Assembly (NCBI GenBank): GCA_963666275.2
Contig: CAXXOA010000001.1
Span: 2,112,001 to 2,176,000 of the forward strand
Origin: Oceanispirochaeta sp.
GTDB taxonomy: Bacteria; Spirochaetota; Spirochaetia; DSM-2461
Direction of reading: 5' to 3'
Length of the DNA stretch: 64,000 nucleotides
Part shown: in pieces, positions 59,873 to 64,000 of the stretch
Layout of the letters: each line of letters opens with the position of its first letter
Numbering within the stretch: position 1 is the stretch's first letter
Program-made: the position numbers and the translations under genes
Notes under the pieces: generated by a model
What the model saw: the letters and a program-made list of their open reading frames with translations, nothing else
What the model was told of the DNA's origin: nothing
Databases searched by the model: none

Positions 59873-62398
59873 ATGAAAAGATTACACATAAGCGGCTTAT
59901 TAATGACTCTGGCACTACTGATCCTCCCCTTCGGATGTGCTTCAACCCCTGAAGAAGATGTAGAGGTTGTAGAAGAAACACCCCCGGAAGAACCAGTGGA
60001 TGAAACCAGCCTGATGGCTATGGTAGCCAACAGCGATCAGGCCGGACTGGAAGAACTCTTCAAAGTAGATGTGGATGTGAATGAACGGGATGAAAAAGGC
60101 CAGACACCTCTGCATATTGCAGCTGCCGCCGGAAATACCCGCATAATGCAGCTCCTTCTGCTTCAGAAAGCGGATCCCGACAGCCGGAACAACGAAGGAA
60201 AAACTCCTCTACACCTGGCGATCGCCAACAGTCATCCTGATGCGGCGGAGCTCCTTGTCAGTAACAGAGCGGACATATTTATCACCGATAACGGGAACAT
60301 GAGCAGTGCGGAACTGGCATTCAATAAGGGAATGACCATGATGGAAGCGGTCTATACTCCGGAGAATGTCAATTCCGGAACTGTATCGGCTGGCTCACTG
60401 GTTCATCTGGCGGCCCAGGCGGGGAATTCCGGGGCGGCGGAGCTCCTCATCTCCCTGAAAGCCGATATCAACAGCTGCAATACCGCAGGACTTCTGCCTG
60501 TAGACCTGGCTCTGAACAACAGAAACAGTCTGGAGAAAGCCAGAACCGCATCTGTACTGATCAGAGCCGGATCCTATCAGGGAAGGGATCAGGATTTTCA
60601 CTATGCCTTTATCCTTTTTAATCAGAACGATATGAATACCCGCTTTGAATTCGGTCAGACAGCCCTTCACCTGGCATCCGAAAGGGGTCATGAGGGAATG
60701 GTCAAACTGCTGCTTGAACTGGGAGCGGACATTTCCTCCAGGGACAAACCGGGGAACACACCCCTTCACAGCGCAGTACGAGGGGGCTATAAAAATATCG
60801 TAGCCACTCTGATTCAGGCCGGAGCGGATGTGAATGCCACCGACTACAACAGCAATGTCCCACTTCATATGGCACTGACACTGGACAATAACCTGGATAT
60901 TCTGCAGATGCTCCTCAATGCGGGAGCCGATGTGAATGCCAAGAACAGCTTTGGAAACACCCCTCTGCATCTGACTGTTACCCTGAACAAGGAACAGACT
61001 CTGGCAGAACTGCTGATGCAGTACGGGGCCTCTATTGAAAGCCGGAATAAACGGGGAAATACACCCCTTTTTGAAGCGGTGGATAAATCCAATGCGGAGA
61101 TAGCTCTTCTGCTGCTGGGAAAAGAGGCGGATATCTTTGCCAGAAACAAAGAAGGCACCTCTCCCCTGTCCATAGCCATAACAAAAGGCGTCAGTGTTCT
61201 CTCCTGGTTTCTGGACAGCTCCAATGTGAACAGCCAGGACAACGAGGGGAACAGTCCTCTTCATCTGGCCGTGATGATGAACGCCCCGATTGATGTGTTC
61301 CGCTATCTTCTGGAGCAGGGCGCTCTCATCGACAACAGGAATCTGTCGGGAGATACGCCCTTTCATCTAGCAGTTGAGAAAGAGTACCTGGAACTGACAG
61401 ACCTCTTTCAGGTGAACGGAGGAGATTTTTATGTGGAGAACAATGCGGGAGAGACAGCCCTGACCATGGCTTTTGCAAAAGGGGCCGAGTTTGTGGAAGC
61501 CTTTCTGCTGGATTCTTCTCTTGAAAAAGCCGATGCTCTGCGCTACACCCCTCTGTTTCACAGTATCCTCTGGGAGAGACCGGACATAGTTCGTGTACTC
61601 CTGAACCGGGGTGCTGAACTGAACAGCGTCAGCCTTATCGGATCCACTCCCCTTCACGAGGCCGTGAAAACAGGAAATCTTGAGGTAACCGGAATCCTTC
61701 TGAGAGCCGGGGCGGATATCGATGCGGTGGACAATCAGGGCAATACCCCCCTTCACGAGATCGTCTACTGGAACTCTCTGGATCTGGCGGAACTGCTGAT
61801 CTCTGCGGGTGCGGATATCAATAAAAAGAACAGAGAGGGGCGGTCCCCCTTTTATGAAGCTGTCCTTTCCGGTGATTTTGAAATGACAAGCTACCTTATC
61901 AAAAAAGGCGCCGACATAGACACAAGGGAGAATACAGGCAAAACACCACTGTTTGATACCATTGTCGATGCCAATACCTCTCTGATGGAGCTTCTGATCA
62001 GCCAGGGTGCCTCCATACAGAAAAGAGACAACCAGGGGAATACGCCGCTCCATGTGGCCGTTATTGTGGAGAACCGCCAGGCCATCCAGTTTCTCTTTGA
62101 TCTGAATGCGGATATTTTTGCCAGGAACAAACAGGACACTTCTCCTCTGATGCTTGTCTTCCGCAAGGGCAATGAATCGGTGGACTGGTTTATGAATCCC
62201 CGGAATATCAATGCCATGGACAACAACGGGAATACTCCCCTTCACGTAGCAGCCCAGATGAAGGCTCCTGTCAGTACCATCCAGCTTCTGCTGGACAAGG
62301 GAGCTGAAATTGATGCCCGGAACAACCGGGGAGAAACTCCCTATGACGTAGCGGTAAGCGCAAAATATGAAGCCGCTCTGGATGTTCTGAAACCCTGA
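59873..62398 (+). CDS. Large ankyrin-repeat lipoprotein
   Basis: Lipobox PFGC; roughly 20 GxTPLH.A...GAD.N repeats. Confidence 0.93.
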   Translation: MKRLHISGLLMTLALLILPFGCASTPEEDVEVVEETPPEEPVDETSLMAMVANSDQAGLEELFKVDVDVNERDEKGQTPLHIAAAAGNTRIMQLLLLQKADPDSRNNEGKTPLHLAIANSHPDAAELLVSNRADIFITDNGNMSSAELAFNKGMTMMEAVYTPENVNSGTVSAGSLVHLAAQAGNSGAAELLISLKADINSCNTAGLLPVDLALNNRNSLEKARTASVLIRAGSYQGRDQDFHYAFILFNQNDMNTRFEFGQTALHLASERGHEGMVKLLLELGADISSRDKPGNTPLHSAVRGGYKNIVATLIQAGADVNATDYNSNVPLHMALTLDNNLDILQMLLNAGADVNAKNSFGNTPLHLTVTLNKEQTLAELLMQYGASIESRNKRGNTPLFEAVDKSNAEIALLLLGKEADIFARNKEGTSPLSIAITKGVSVLSWFLDSSNVNSQDNEGNSPLHLAVMMNAPIDVFRYLLEQGALIDNRNLSGDTPFHLAVEKEYLELTDLFQVNGGDFYVENNAGETALTMAFAKGAEFVEAFLLDSSLEKADALRYTPLFHSILWERPDIVRVLLNRGAELNSVSLIGSTPLHEAVKTGNLEVTGILLRAGADIDAVDNQGNTPLHEIVYWNSLDLAELLISAGADINKKNREGRSPFYEAVLSGDFEMTSYLIKKGADIDTRENTGKTPLFDTIVDANTSLMELLISQGASIQKRDNQGNTPLHVAVIVENRQAIQFLFDLNADIFARNKQDTSPLMLVFRKGNESVDWFMNPRNINAMDNNGNTPLHVAAQMKAPVSTIQLLLDKGAEIDARNNRGETPYDVAVSAKYEAALDVLKP

Positions 62399-62417
62399 TT
62401 TCTGACTGTAATGCACG

Positions 62418-62451
62418 AGGGATTCCCTGATTTCAGAGGAATCCCTTTTTT
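62418..62451 (+). terminator. Intrinsic terminator
   Basis: agggattcc...ggaatccct followed by a T-tract. Confidence 0.75.
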
Positions 62452-62579
62452 ATGGCTTCCGCCGCTTTAAAAAAAACAACCATCCACAATATTGATCTTT
62501 TCTTCATTTTATTACCTGTTTCTATTGACCTTAACTGTGAATTGCGGTTTTGTAATAGACAGGAGGTTTCAACACCATA

Positions 62580-63485
62580 ATGAAACGAATACTAACTATT
62601 GCTCTATTTACAACACTCGTGCTTTCCCTGAACTACGGTGAAGACTACAAAGCTCAGATAGCTCAGAAAAGTGATGCGGCCTGGGAAGATCTTATGAAGA
62701 ACAGCCGTGATGGTTTTCTGATCGATCCTCCCTTGAATGCCAGTACAATCAATGCCAATTTCGGTCAGTACAAAGATGCCCTTATGCTCTTCCCCGAATT
62801 CAGTTTTGACGATTTTGTCACAGACCGGCGTCAGGGAGACAAATACTATTATAGTTTTGACGCCAATGACGGCCTTTTCGTTATCAAATATGATAACAGA
62901 ATTACCGATATGCTCAGAGAGTACTCCTATGCCATGGGCCCTGTTGGGAATGACAACTGGGAACTCCTGGGGCAGATCAAGGAAGCCTATGACTGGTGGG
63001 GTGATGTGGTTCTGATGGAAATTAAAGCTGTCAGAGTCAAAGGTAAAGCCTCTGTGATACGAGATGGAGAAGATCTTGAATTTCCGGCAAAAGATCTTAT
63101 TGATGCTTTTATGGATGAAAAAGCTTCTGCCGGGGCGGGAGATATTCCCCTGAATCTGACGAGTATACCGGCCGGCCTGGATCCGCGAACCGTTGCGGAA
63201 CTGTATTTTCAGATTGCCAGTAAGGAACACAACAAAGACGTATGGATCGAACTGCTCAGTTCCTACAACTTCTACAGGGGCAAACCGGAAAGACGGGTAG
63301 ACTCCTGGTGGAGCAATCTGAATAAAGAGGGACGGACCTTCTTCTATGTCCGCACCGCTACGGATGAGGAAACGACAAAAAAATACTTCTACCAGATACG
63401 GGAAAACGGCAATGATGTGGGATCTCCCAAACCTTTAACCCTGGTTCTGGAAGACAATGAATGGAAGGTAAAATCGGGAATCTGA
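62580..63485 (+). CDS. Exported hypothetical protein
   Basis: AGGAGG upstream, signal peptide MKRILTIALFTTLVLSLNYG; C-terminal LVLEDNEWKV strand. Confidence 0.8.
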   Translation: MKRILTIALFTTLVLSLNYGEDYKAQIAQKSDAAWEDLMKNSRDGFLIDPPLNASTINANFGQYKDALMLFPEFSFDDFVTDRRQGDKYYYSFDANDGLFVIKYDNRITDMLREYSYAMGPVGNDNWELLGQIKEAYDWWGDVVLMEIKAVRVKGKASVIRDGEDLEFPAKDLIDAFMDEKASAGAGDIPLNLTSIPAGLDPRTVAELYFQIASKEHNKDVWIELLSSYNFYRGKPERRVDSWWSNLNKEGRTFFYVRTATDEETTKKYFYQIRENGNDVGSPKPLTLVLEDNEWKVKSGI

Positions 63486-63514
63486 TTTTACCAGGTTCCT
63501 TCACTATGGAATAT

Positions 63515-63553
63515 AAGGCTGTCCCCGGATTCACAGGGGGGACAGCCTTTTTT
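63515..63553. terminator. Terminator hairpin between convergent genes
   Basis: aaggctgtcccc / ggggacagcctt followed by a T-tract. Confidence 0.8.
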
Positions 63554-63557
63554 CTTT

Positions 63558-64000
63558 TTAAAGAGTGAAGCTGTTCTTTTTTTTCTCTACCATGAAAAAC
63601 TTCCCAAAACCCATACCCACCAGTAATAGGGGAAGGAACAGGATAAAGAGATCAAACCAGTACCATTCAATGTGATCGTAGGTTCTATAGGTATCCAGAG
63701 TGATTTCCACATTACCCGCTCCTTCAGGATATTCAAGGCGGGAAATAATTCCTTCAACCTCAATTTCCTGATAGGGCTGTTTCAGGAAGGAGTTGAAATC
63801 TTTCAGAATACCATAGGCATCCAGACTCTCATTGATAAGAAACTGATCTCCCCCTGAAAATAGAGAGGGCATGATATTGTATTTTTCAAGATCTCCCGAC
63901 GAAATACTATAATCCTGAATCTCCAAACTCCCGGCCCGAATAAGGATTCCGCTCCTCCGGGTAAAAGCCTTCTGCTGCTTTTCCTCTATCTGCCGGTTGA
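63558..64000 (-). CDS. C-terminal part of a membrane-anchored protein (starts beyond the window)
   Basis: Frame is open from 63998 through the 63926 ORF; C-terminal TM followed by KKK. Confidence 0.7.
   Translation of the reverse strand, partial: NRQIEEKQQKAFTRRSGILIRAGSLEIQDYSISSGDLEKYNIMPSLFSGGDQFLINESLDAYGILKDFNSFLKQPYQEIEVEGIISRLEYPEGAGNVEITLDTYRTYDHIEWYWFDLFILFLPLLLVGMGFGKFFMVEKKKNSFTL

Overview
Gene-dense bacterial chromosome segment, most likely from a free-living anaerobic spirochaete (Spirochaetaceae-like). This is inferred from the groEL-orf-yajC-secD-secF order, the long Borrelia-type thymidine kinase, the BMP lipoprotein ABC transporter and the many lipoproteins. Most content is housekeeping: glnS, valS, zwf, pgi, groEL, secDF/yajC, birA, the argR-C-B-D-G operon with ARG boxes, tex, a nucleoside ABC transporter, deoC/deoB, sdaA and tdk. 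The most unusual elements are: (1) a Na+-NQR/Rnf hybrid operon (RnfD-like B, C, D, E, F plus a 150-aa unknown) with no NqrA/RnfC/RnfB, with rseC divergent across a perfect palindrome and apbE nearby; (2) a coupled pair of HAMP-GAF-PP2C(SpoIIE) genes in which the first looks catalytically degenerate; (3) a periplasmic sensor fused directly to a small Cys/His zinc-ribbon output; (4) a membrane GGDEF-hemerythrin protein; (5) a translationally coupled serine protease-PEGA / lipoprotein / beta-propeller lipoprotein operon; (6) an unassigned structured-RNA candidate upstream of glnS; and (7) nested REP-like tandem repeats. I found no rRNA, tRNA, CRISPR array, transposase or prophage. All calls come from reading motifs by eye; no database searches were run.
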